From assembly GCA_963716395.1 (NCBI GenBank), contig OY970309.1:2450615-2514614 (forward strand): a DNA stretch of 64,000 nucleotides, written 5' to 3'. The position numbers and the translations under genes were made by a program. The notes beneath the pieces were generated by a model. It saw only the letters and a program-made list of their open reading frames with translations, was not told where the DNA came from and made no database searches. The stretch is from an uncultured Fibrobacteria bacterium (GTDB lineage Bacteria; Fibrobacterota; Fibrobacteria; UBA11236). Position 1 is the stretch's first letter, and every line of letters begins with the position of its first letter. This document shows, one piece after another, positions 1 through 8,213 of the stretch.

Positions 1-48
1 ATATATCGGGCCGGTTGAAACTCTTTTCTTATTTCATAACCGGGTTAT

Positions 49-585
49 ATGTCTCTCTTGACGCGTCAGGATATCGAAAGCGGGTTTGAACGATTGGCCC
101 AATTGGCGCAATCTCAAGGTTGCACCCTGCGCCTGTTCGTGAGGGGAGGCGCGGCCATGGTGTTGGGGTATGATGCACGCCAATCCACCCATGACATCGA
201 CGCCTTGATTCTTTCTCCTCCCGAAGCGCGGATTGTTCGGGAATGGGTAAAAATCATTGCCAGCGAAAAAGGTTGGCCCGAAGACTGGTTGAACGATGCT
301 GCGAAGGGTTATTTGAACGGACTGAATCCGGGGCTCTTGGTATTTAACTTCCCGGGGCTTGAGGTCAGACTTGTAGCGGCAGACCAACTTTTGGCGATGA
401 AGTTAGCGGCTTGGCGTGATGATGTGGATATCGAAGACGCCAGGCGGCTGCTGCAGAAATTGGCGGCAGGCCTAGAGAAGGGTGAATTGTGGGAACGTGT
501 GCTACCATTTCTCGCCGAAGGATTCAAATTGAAGGCGCAGTTTGCATTCGATGATTTATGGGAGAGCACCCATGGTTCGAATTGA
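49..585 (+). CDS. Stand-alone nucleotidyltransferase-fold protein (MNT/DUF6036-like, toxin-antitoxin-type NTase)
   Basis: 178-aa ORF. It has a minimal NTase signature, RGGAAMVLGY...STHDIDALI (G-G ... DxD). It also has the C-terminal helix LLAMKLAAWRDDVDIEDARRLL typical of small stand-alone NTases. Confidence 0.6.
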   Translation: MSLLTRQDIESGFERLAQLAQSQGCTLRLFVRGGAAMVLGYDARQSTHDIDALILSPPEARIVREWVKIIASEKGWPEDWLNDAAKGYLNGLNPGLLVFNFPGLEVRLVAADQLLAMKLAAWRDDVDIEDARRLLQKLAAGLEKGELWERVLPFLAEGFKLKAQFAFDDLWESTHGSN

Positions 586-928
586 GAATCTTGCTGAAGC
601 GGCCTTAAGGCACGACGGCCTGCTCCTCCGGAGTCTCGCCCAGGATCTGCTGCGCGCGGAACCGGACCTTGGGAAAGTTCCCGATCCGCAAACCGGGGAT
701 GCCCGCGTGCGCATGGCTTCGGCCGCTTTGATTGAATTGTTGGCGGAGCGTACGGGCCAGGCGGCCCCGAGTTGGGCGAAAAGCATCGGCAAACTTCCGG
801 AACCATTTTTCCTGTTGGCATCGGCGGCAAGCATGAAACGGCTGCGTCTTTTGTGCGAGCAACAATCTCCCGAGCCTTTGCGGCGTCATGGCTTTTTCGC
901 GCCGCCGAATTTTTTGGAATTCGTTTAA
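572..928 (+). CDS. Hypothetical protein, possible cognate partner of the upstream NTase
   Basis: ATG at 572 is preceded by GGGAGAG and overlaps the NTase stop (583-585). 118 aa with no motif I recognise. Confidence 0.4.
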   Translation: MVRIENLAEAALRHDGLLLRSLAQDLLRAEPDLGKVPDPQTGDARVRMASAALIELLAERTGQAAPSWAKSIGKLPEPFFLLASAASMKRLRLLCEQQSPEPLRRHGFFAPPNFLEFV

Positions 929-950
929 GGGCGCCGCAAACATTAGGGTG

Positions 951-2138
951 ATGGAAATGGGCGATCAAAATGAGCCCCGCGTGATCTTCCACGTCGACAT
1001 GGACGCTTTCTACGCCGCCATCGAGCAGTTGGAGCATCCGGAATGGCGCGGCCGACCCGTCATCGTGGGCGGCGTGCACTCGGCGCGCGGCGTGGTGTCG
1101 ACCGCCTCGTACGAGGCCCGCGTCTTCGGCGTGCATTCGGCCATGCCCGTGCGCGAGGCGCGGCGCCTCTGCCCGCAGGGAATTTTCACGCCCGGCCGCC
1201 ATGACGTTTATCACGAATATTCCCGCCGGCTGCGGGAGGTTTTGGCCGCTTTCAGCCCCGAGGTCGAACCGATTTCGGTGGACGAGGCTTTTCTCGACAT
1301 GAGCGGCACGTCCGGGTTGTTCGGGCCGCCCGCGGCGGCGGCGCGCCGGCTCAAAGACGCGGTGTCGGCTGCGTTGCGGCTTACGGCGTCGGTGGGCGTG
1401 GCGCCGAACAAGTTCCTGGCCAAAATCGCCTCGGACCTGCGCAAGCCCGACGGGCTGGTGCTGGTGCGCACCGAAGAGGCCGCCGCTTTTCTCGACCCCT
1501 TGCCGGTGGAAAAGCTGATGGGCGTGGGCCCGCGTACCGCGCCCGCCTTGCACCGCCTGGGGTTGCGCACCATCGGCCAGGTGCGGCGCCTGGGCGCCGA
1601 AGCCTTGAACCGCGCCTTGGGCGAGGGGTTCGGATCGCAGTTGTACGCCCTGGCCTGCGGCCGCGATGAACGCGAAGTGGAAAGTGCAGGCCGGGAAAAA
1701 AGCCTGTCGCATGAGATGACCTTCGAGCGCGATTGCGGCGACCGCGAGGTGTTGGCGGCGCATTTGATCGACCTCTGCGATCGCGTGGCGCGGCGCGCGC
1801 GGCGGGGCGGCCTGTCGGGCCGCACGGTTTCGTTGGTGTGGCGCGATCCTGATTTCAGCCGGCATGCCCGCAGCCGCACCTTGTCTGAACCCACCCAGGA
1901 CAGCCGGGTTTTATTCTCCCAGGCCGAGGCGATGCTGGCCGAATTGCGCGGCCGCCCAAGCTTCCGGCTGCTGGGCCTGCGGCTGTCGGGATTCGCCCCG
2001 GTGGCCGCGCAATTGTCGCTGTTCCCTCCGCCCCGTGCCGCGGGTTTGGATCGCGCCGCCGACGCGGTGCGCGATCGTTTCGGCGAAGACGCCATTTTTC
2101 GGGGCCGCGCCCTGCGCAGCGAAGAAGAACGCGAATGA
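951..2138 (+). CDS. dinB: DNA polymerase IV (Y-family translesion polymerase)
   Basis: VIFHVDMDAFYAAIEQLEHPEWRGRPVIVGG and SVDEAFLDMSG motifs. The length and domain order match DinB. ATG at 951. Confidence 0.95.
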   Translation: MEMGDQNEPRVIFHVDMDAFYAAIEQLEHPEWRGRPVIVGGVHSARGVVSTASYEARVFGVHSAMPVREARRLCPQGIFTPGRHDVYHEYSRRLREVLAAFSPEVEPISVDEAFLDMSGTSGLFGPPAAAARRLKDAVSAALRLTASVGVAPNKFLAKIASDLRKPDGLVLVRTEEAAAFLDPLPVEKLMGVGPRTAPALHRLGLRTIGQVRRLGAEALNRALGEGFGSQLYALACGRDEREVESAGREKSLSHEMTFERDCGDREVLAAHLIDLCDRVARRARRGGLSGRTVSLVWRDPDFSRHARSRTLSEPTQDSRVLFSQAEAMLAELRGRPSFRLLGLRLSGFAPVAAQLSLFPPPRAAGLDRAADAVRDRFGEDAIFRGRALRSEEERE

Positions 2139-2212
2139 AACTTGGATCACGTACCCTCGCTGTTGCCGGCCAACGGTTTCGAACATCCGGCCCGACATGA
2201 TATACTCGGGCG

Positions 2213-3223
2213 ATGGAGACGGCGATTCCCGGGCGTTGGCTGCTGGTGCTTCCGCCCGAAGGCGCGGCGCGGCAGGTCGGGCAACATCTGTGGGCCGCGA
2301 TGGAAGCTTTGCTGCCCGCCGAACGCCGCCAATGCTTTGACACAGCCGCGCATTTGCGGACCCTGGATCAGATGCTGCGCCTTGCCGGCGACGAATTGGC
2401 CGTGGATTTCATGGGTCAGAGCCTGGCGGTGCAGGCGCTCGACTTCGGCGCCACCCACGTGGTGATTATGGCGTTGGCACCCGTGACGTATTTCACCGTG
2501 AACCTGCTCAAGCGGCAAGGGGTCAAGACCGTGCATTGGTTCATCGAGGATTACCGCCGCGCGCGCTATTGGGAAAAGGTGCTGCCGGCCTATACGCATT
2601 GGTTCGCCATTCAGCGCGGGCCCATGGAGGCGGCCTGCGCGTCCGCCGGCGTGCGCTGCGCGTATTTGCCCACGGCGGCCGAGGTCGCGGCCGGGCCGCC
2701 GCTGCGGCCCTGGGCGCAGCGCCGTTATGATCTGGCCTTCGTGGGTATGCCCAGCCCGTATCGCCTGCAGGTGTTGGAGGCGTTGCGGGCCGCGGGCTTG
2801 TCTTTGGCCCTGGCCGGACCCGGCTGGGATCGCGCGCCCGCGCCGTTGCGCGCCGGCGTGCTGCATTCGGAATGGGTCGACACACCCGTGACCTTGGAGT
2901 TACTGCGCGACGCGCGCCTGGGCCTGCATGCGCCCTATGACGATCCCGGCGCCGACCGCGCCGACGCCCATGTCAGCCCGCGGTTGTATGAAGTGCTGGC
3001 CTGCGGCGGCGCCTTGCTGTGCGAAGACTCTCCTCTTTGCCGCGAAGCCGTGGCGAGCCTGACCGCCGGATTTTTTGCCGGGCCCGACGCGGCCCCCGCC
3101 GCCGCACTCCGCCTCTTGGCCCGCCCCCTGTCTACGGCGGACCAGGCTTTGCAACAAACCATGGTGGCGGAGCGGCATAATTATCGCGCGCGCTTTGCGT
3201 CCCTGGCGGCCGCCGCGGTATAA
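2213..3223 (+). CDS. CgeB-family glycosyltransferase-like protein (DUF3880 plus GT1-like C-terminus)
   Basis: 336 aa. The C-terminal SPRLYEVLACGGALLCED segment resembles the CgeB/GT1_2 family. A TATACT -10-like element lies at 2200-2205. Confidence 0.55.
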   Translation: METAIPGRWLLVLPPEGAARQVGQHLWAAMEALLPAERRQCFDTAAHLRTLDQMLRLAGDELAVDFMGQSLAVQALDFGATHVVIMALAPVTYFTVNLLKRQGVKTVHWFIEDYRRARYWEKVLPAYTHWFAIQRGPMEAACASAGVRCAYLPTAAEVAAGPPLRPWAQRRYDLAFVGMPSPYRLQVLEALRAAGLSLALAGPGWDRAPAPLRAGVLHSEWVDTPVTLELLRDARLGLHAPYDDPGADRADAHVSPRLYEVLACGGALLCEDSPLCREAVASLTAGFFAGPDAAPAAALRLLARPLSTADQALQQTMVAERHNYRARFASLAAAAV

Positions 3224-3243
3224 ACGTCGGGGCTTTGCGGATT

Positions 3244-4368
3244 TCAGGGAGCGGGTGCAGGCGCGGGAGGCAAACCCGGATCTTCGGGCGGCGGCGCATG
3301 CGTGCGCCGCAAATCCACGGCGAATACTTCTTCGTACATGGTCCAGATGCTGAGAAACAGCGAAGCCAGCACCGGCCCCATGACGAAGCCCGGCAATCCG
3401 AACAGTCCCAGACCGCCGAGCGTGGAGAGCAACACCAGCAAATCATGCATTTTGATGTCTTTGCCCACCAGCACCGGCCGCACCAGATTGTCGACGGTCG
3501 AAATCACCAGCACGCCCACGATGACCACGGCCAACCCCGCGCCGGTGCGATGCTCCAGAAACAACACGATGGCCGTCGGCACCCACACCGCGGCGGTTCC
3601 CACCATGGGAAGTACCGAACAGAAAACCATCAGCACGCCGAGAAACACCGGCGATTGCAGTCCCGCCAGCGAATACAGCACGATGCCGATGGCGCCCTGC
3701 AGCATGCCCACCACCAGAATGCCTTTGAGCGTGGCGCGGCTCACCGACAGAAACTTTTGTAGCAGCACCTCCAGGTAATCGTCGCGCAGCGGGGAGCGTT
3801 GGATCAGTTTGCGCAGCAGGCGTTCCCCGTCCATGTAGAAGTAAAACATCATCAGCAGCATGATGAAGAATCCGGCCACGTTTCCCGCTACCAGCACCGA
3901 CCAGCCGGCGCCCTGCTTAAAGGTGTACTGCACGGCCTGGTGCAGGGATTGCGCGGTAAAGCGCGACACGTCGGCCGGGCTCATGTAGGTCAGCAAAGCA
4001 GGAAAGCGATCGCGGGTTTCCTGCGCCAAGCGTTCCAAAGTGGCGGGCAAGGTGGCGAAGTTCACGGAATGGATCAAACCCAGGGCCTCGTGATAGGCCA
4101 CGGTGATGGCGGCCGCCATGGGCAATACCAGCACCAGCATCACGATCAGCAAGGTGGTGAAAGAGGCCAGGGCGGGCCGGCGCAGACGGCGCAGGAAGAA
4201 GCGGTACCAGGGATGCGTCATACCCGTGAACACCCCGGCCATGAGCAAAGTGAGCAAGAAGCTCCGGATCATGTACAGAAAACCCGCGCTGATCGCGGCC
4301 AGCACGAGGACGAAAGAAACTTTCTGAAACAGCGACTGGTTGCGGCTCGCGTCGCCGGCGTCGGGCAT
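3244..4368 (-). CDS. AI-2E family (PerM/YdiK-like) transporter
   Basis: 374-aa polytopic membrane protein. It carries the characteristic C-terminal LLSTLGGLGLFGLPGFVMGPVLASLF block. Confidence 0.85.
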   Translation of the reverse strand: MPDAGDASRNQSLFQKVSFVLVLAAISAGFLYMIRSFLLTLLMAGVFTGMTHPWYRFFLRRLRRPALASFTTLLIVMLVLVLPMAAAITVAYHEALGLIHSVNFATLPATLERLAQETRDRFPALLTYMSPADVSRFTAQSLHQAVQYTFKQGAGWSVLVAGNVAGFFIMLLMMFYFYMDGERLLRKLIQRSPLRDDYLEVLLQKFLSVSRATLKGILVVGMLQGAIGIVLYSLAGLQSPVFLGVLMVFCSVLPMVGTAAVWVPTAIVLFLEHRTGAGLAVVIVGVLVISTVDNLVRPVLVGKDIKMHDLLVLLSTLGGLGLFGLPGFVMGPVLASLFLSIWTMYEEVFAVDLRRTHAPPPEDPGLPPAPAPAP

Positions 4369-4408
4369 GGGTTAAAGCTAATTTTAACCCTTGCCCACAG
4401 GCGTTCCC

Positions 4409-5443
4409 ATGCCGAATCCGCCACCGCCATCCCCCTCTCCGTCTCCCGGCACCGCGGTCGCGCAACCGACCGACTTCGTCCGCAAGGTGGGGCGGGGTAA
4501 AACTTTGGCGCGCGACCTGGAGTACCCGGAAGCCGTTCAGGCCTTCGGCCTTTTGCTCGACGGCCGCTTCACGGCCGCGCAGGCCGGCGCCTTTTTGCAG
4601 GCCCTGCGCATCAAGGAACTGAACGCACCGGAACTCGACGGTCTGCTCGCGGCCTTCTATACGCGCATGTTACCCTTGCCCGCCGCCCCGTCCGCGGGCT
4701 TCGCCTTGAACCTGGCCTCGGATACGGGCCGCAAGGGCGGGCTGTTGTCGTTGTTGGCCGCGCGCGTGCTGGCCGCGGCCGGGCTGCCGGTGGCCTTGGT
4801 GCGCAGCGATCCCATGCTGACGGGTAACCAGAATTCCTGGGACGCTACCTGGGCCGCTTGGACGCCGCCGCCTTCGGCCCCGGCGCCGTCGCTGTTCGCC
4901 GTCTACGCGATGCTTCCGGCGCTGCGGCCACTGCGCGAGCTGCGGCGCGAACTCGGTTTTCGCTCGTGCCTGCACACGGCGGAGAAAATGCTCCAGCCCT
5001 GGCCCGGAAGACCGCTGGTGCTGGGCATCTCGCACCGGCATTATGCCGAACGCATGGCCGGGGCCATGCGCCGGCGCGGCCTTTGGGGGAAAATCGTGCT
5101 GGGGAATCACGGCACCCCGGATCTGGTGCTGCACAAGGAAACCGAGATTTGGGAAGTGTCGGCGGCCGGCGACATCGGGGTGATCTCGGTGCACCCCGAC
5201 GCGTTGGGATTGCATCCCGATCCCGGCCTCTACGCCCTGGGGGCTTTCGACCGCTGGCCCGAGGCCTGCGCGCAATCCGATTTCGGGTGGCTACGGCCCG
5301 CCCTGGAATACCAGTTGGCCTTCCTGCGTTATGCCGCGGGCGTGGCACCCGATCCCGTCGCCGGCGCCGCGGGGATCGACGCGGTGATCCGCGCCGCGTG
5401 TTCGCAGACGATGTTAACTTCCTCTCTTCCCGGGGACACATGA
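4409..5443 (+). CDS. TrpD2/YbiB-family protein (anthranilate phosphoribosyltransferase-like fold, nucleic-acid-binding subgroup)
   Basis: VGRGKTLARDLEYPEAVQAFGLLLDG...LQALRIKELNAPEL parallels E. coli YbiB (IGRGKNHARDL...ALRIKGEGEAEM). The ATG at 4409 is preferred over the TTG at 4391. Confidence 0.7.
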   Translation: MPNPPPPSPSPSPGTAVAQPTDFVRKVGRGKTLARDLEYPEAVQAFGLLLDGRFTAAQAGAFLQALRIKELNAPELDGLLAAFYTRMLPLPAAPSAGFALNLASDTGRKGGLLSLLAARVLAAAGLPVALVRSDPMLTGNQNSWDATWAAWTPPPSAPAPSLFAVYAMLPALRPLRELRRELGFRSCLHTAEKMLQPWPGRPLVLGISHRHYAERMAGAMRRRGLWGKIVLGNHGTPDLVLHKETEIWEVSAAGDIGVISVHPDALGLHPDPGLYALGAFDRWPEACAQSDFGWLRPALEYQLAFLRYAAGVAPDPVAGAAGIDAVIRAACSQTMLTSSLPGDT

Positions 5444-6807
5444 AATCCGACACTGCCAAAACCGAGGCCGCGAAGTCCAAACCCAAAGGCCGATCCGGTG
5501 CGGCGCCCATTCAGGCGATCCGCGAGGTGTTCGGCTATTTGCGCCGCTACCGCGACCAGGTGTTCGTGATCAAAATCGACGACACGCTCATGGACTTGCC
5601 CCTGTTTCCCATGCTGGTGCGCGACATCGTACTGCTGCACCAAACCGGCATCCGCGTGGTGCTGGTGCCGGGCGCCAAGCATTCCATCGACGCCGTGATG
5701 CAGAAATACGGCGTGGCGACGCGCACCGTGCGCGGCGTGCGCATCACCACGCCCGAGTCGATGCAACTGGCCAAACTGGGCGCCTCCAACGTGGCCAATG
5801 TGCTGCTCACCTTGTTGTCCGAAAATGCCGCCCATGGCGTGGTCGGCAATTGGGTGCGGGCCCGGGCCATGGGTGTGATCGACGGATTGGATTACAAGCA
5901 AACCGGATCGGTGGAAAAGGTCGACGCGGCGCTTTTGCACGGCCTGCTCGACGACGGATTGATTCCCATCGTCTCCAACATCGGGTGGAATACGGTGGGG
6001 CGCGACTACAACCTGAACAGCAGCGAGTTGGCCGTGGCCGTAGCCTTGGCCGTGAAAGCCGGCAAACTGTTTTTCGCGGGCGCCGAAGCCGGCATTCCGG
6101 TGGTGGCCGATTGCCCCTTCGCCGAACCCGGTGAACTGCGCGCGGGATTTTTCTCGAACCTTGATCGCGACGAGGGCCGGGCGCTGCTGCGCGATTACCG
6201 CGAGGCCTTGCCGCCGGCTTCGATCGAACTGGTGACTTTGGCCTTGCAGGCCTTGAACGGCGGCGTCGAGCGGGTGCACGTGGTGCAGGGCGGCCGCGAC
6301 GGCATTCTGCTGCAAGAGGTGTTCAGCAGTTCGGGCCAGGGCACCATGTTTTACCTCAACGCCTATGACGATATCCATCCGGCGCAGGCGGCCGACGTTC
6401 CGGAACTGTTGCGCATCATGCAACCTTATGTCGATGCGGGCGTGCTGGTGCAGCGCACGGGGGAAGACATCGCCCGCGAGTTGGAATACTACGCCGTGTG
6501 CAAAATCGACGACACCTTGCAGGGCTGCGGCGCGCTCAAACCCTTCGGCAAATCGGCCGCCGAGTTGTATGCCTTGGTGGTCGATTCGGCCCATGCCGGC
6601 CGCGGCATCGGCGGAAAAATTGTCTCCTATCTCTTGCGCAATGCGCGCCAAGCCGGAATCAAGCGCGTGTTTCTGCTCACCACGCAAACCAGCGATTTCT
6701 TCATGCGCCTCGGGTTTCGCGAGGCGGCCGTATCGTCTTTGCCGCCCGAGCGGCGCAAGGCCTGGAGCCGCGCCCGCAATTCGCGCGTGCTGGTGCGGGG
6801 CGTTTAG
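5440..6807 (+). CDS. argA: N-acetylglutamate synthase (amino-acid kinase domain plus GNAT domain)
   Basis: FVIKIDDTLMD...VLVPGAKHSID kinase-fold N-terminus, and a C-terminal GNAT with AHAGRGIGGKIV. The ATG at 5440 overlaps the upstream stop (ATGA). Confidence 0.9.
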   Translation: MKSDTAKTEAAKSKPKGRSGAAPIQAIREVFGYLRRYRDQVFVIKIDDTLMDLPLFPMLVRDIVLLHQTGIRVVLVPGAKHSIDAVMQKYGVATRTVRGVRITTPESMQLAKLGASNVANVLLTLLSENAAHGVVGNWVRARAMGVIDGLDYKQTGSVEKVDAALLHGLLDDGLIPIVSNIGWNTVGRDYNLNSSELAVAVALAVKAGKLFFAGAEAGIPVVADCPFAEPGELRAGFFSNLDRDEGRALLRDYREALPPASIELVTLALQALNGGVERVHVVQGGRDGILLQEVFSSSGQGTMFYLNAYDDIHPAQAADVPELLRIMQPYVDAGVLVQRTGEDIARELEYYAVCKIDDTLQGCGALKPFGKSAAELYALVVDSAHAGRGIGGKIVSYLLRNARQAGIKRVFLLTTQTSDFFMRLGFREAAVSSLPPERRKAWSRARNSRVLVRGV

Positions 6808-6851
6808 GCGCCACGGGGCGCGAGTTGGCGCCGTTGGGCGCTTTTGTGCCA

Positions 6852-6880
6852 TTTACAATTGGCAATTGCCATTGTATAAT
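6852..6880 (+). promoter_or_regulatory. Sigma70-like promoter of vapBC with an embedded 12-bp perfect palindrome operator
   Basis: TTTACA (6852-6857), a 17-nt spacer, then TATAAT (6875-6880). The palindrome TGGCAATTGCCA (6860-6871) lies within the spacer. Confidence 0.6.
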
Positions 6881-6896
6881 GGCAACGGAGAATGGT

Positions 6897-7154
6897 ATGA
6901 AATCAAGTCTAGATCGGTTTGGCAGAATCGTGATTCCGAAAAAATTTCGGGATGATTTGGGGCTGGAGCCGGGAGATGCTGTGGAGGTGCGGGAGTTCGG
7001 TCGGGGGATTTTCTTGGAACCCGATCGCCAAACGGCGGCACTTTCGGTGCACGAAGGAGTGCTGGTTTATCAAGCCGATGCGTCCGGCGATGTGGATCAA
7101 GCCTTGCGGGAAACCCGCAAAAGCCGCATCGACCACCTGGGACTTTCGGTTTGA
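6897..7154 (+). CDS. vapB: AbrB/MazE/SpoVT-family antitoxin (VapB-like)
   Basis: The GRIVIPKKFRDDLGLEPGDAVEV swapped-hairpin motif. GGAG lies 6 nt upstream of the ATG at 6897. The stop overlaps the vapC start (TTGA). Confidence 0.8.
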   Translation: MKSSLDRFGRIVIPKKFRDDLGLEPGDAVEVREFGRGIFLEPDRQTAALSVHEGVLVYQADASGDVDQALRETRKSRIDHLGLSV

Positions 7155-7585
7155 AGGCGTTTTTCGACACCTCGGTGCTGATTGCGGGAATGGTCACCAG
7201 CCATTCGCGCTACGCATCCGCCTTCCCCTGGTTGCGCAAAGGCGTCGCGGGTGAACTCGAATGGTTTGTCGGCGCGCATACTCTGGCCGAATTGTACGCG
7301 GTTCTCACGCGGTTGCCTTTGAAACCGAAAATACCACCGGCCGCGGCGTGGCGCATGATTCGTGAAAATGTGGAGCGCCACGCCGCGATCATTCCGCTCT
7401 CGGTGACGGATTATAAAAGCGTTTTGCAGTCCCAGGCCGAACTCGGTTTGGAAGGCGGAAATATTTATGACGCCTTGATTGCCAAGGCGGCCGAGAAGTC
7501 CGGAGCGGATGTGCTCTTGACCTTGAATCTCAAAGATTTTGTTTCGGTTTGGCCCAAAGGCAAGACGAAAATCCGGGAGCCCTAA
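7151..7585 (+). CDS. vapC: PIN-domain ribonuclease toxin (VapC-like)
   Basis: N-terminal FFDTSVLIA with an acidic residue, and later IYDALIAKAA. 144 aa, a typical VapC size. Confidence 0.85.
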   Translation: MKAFFDTSVLIAGMVTSHSRYASAFPWLRKGVAGELEWFVGAHTLAELYAVLTRLPLKPKIPPAAAWRMIRENVERHAAIIPLSVTDYKSVLQSQAELGLEGGNIYDALIAKAAEKSGADVLLTLNLKDFVSVWPKGKTKIREP

Positions 7586-7670
7586 TAAGGCGCACGGTCG
7601 CGCCTGTTTGCGCGCTCGCGGCGCTTCACGGAAAGGCTGGAACTGACCGTAACTCCCGCGTCACGCCCGT

Positions 7671-8198
7671 CTACTTGAACTCGCGTTCGAGCACCGAGAC
7701 GATGAAGCGTTCCAGGCTGACCGGATAGAAGTGCGGCTGGGGACACCAAATCACGCCGCGGTTGATGATTTCGCCGCGCGTCAACTCGTTGAGGATTTTC
7801 TCGACCAATTCCTCCGAAGGTTCGGGCACGGCCTCGATCGACAATTCCTCGTTGCGGATGCGCAGGTTGTTGCGCGCGGCCAGGCGGAAGGAGAAAACCC
7901 GGCTGACCAAAGCGCGGTCCATGAAGGGCGTGCTTTCGGGTTCGGGAAAAATATCGGCGAAGCGTTCGTCCTGAGGCGAAACCGGAATCACCAGTTTCGG
8001 ACTCACCGAGATTTTTCCCGTCAGCTTCAGGCTTCCGGTTTCACCCTCCTCGGCGTCGCTTTCGTCATTGGGCCCGACCAAGGTGAAGGGCAAGGTGTGG
8101 TACCCCGACACGATGCCGGTGAGGGGGAGTCGGCGGATGTCGGTGTTTTCGTAAATGCGGCGCAGTTTTTCGGGGTCGGCTTGATAGCGTTCGGACAT
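7671..8198 (-). CDS. Hypothetical acidic protein, co-oriented 15 nt downstream of comEC
   Basis: 175-aa ORF in a coding-like context with no recognisable motif. Confidence 0.55.
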   Translation of the reverse strand: MSERYQADPEKLRRIYENTDIRRLPLTGIVSGYHTLPFTLVGPNDESDAEEGETGSLKLTGKISVSPKLVIPVSPQDERFADIFPEPESTPFMDRALVSRVFSFRLAARNNLRIRNEELSIEAVPEPSEELVEKILNELTRGEIINRGVIWCPQPHFYPVSLERFIVSVLEREFK

Positions 8199-8213
8199 CG
8201 TTTCAATAATACA

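Noticed and set aside
309-1865. 518-aa ORF antisense to dinB
   Set aside because: Arg/Ala/Gly/Pro-rich low-complexity translation opposite a confidently identified gene. This is the typical stop-codon-poor antisense frame of GC-rich DNA.
4858-5439. N-terminal 194-aa extension of the argA ORF
   Set aside because: It overlaps the YbiB-like gene in another frame and is Arg/Gly-rich. The ATG at 5440, with an ATGA overlap, gives a normal-length ArgA.
5329-6852. 507-aa ORF antisense to argA
   Set aside because: Same GC artefact. It shows no motifs and fully overlaps a recognised gene.
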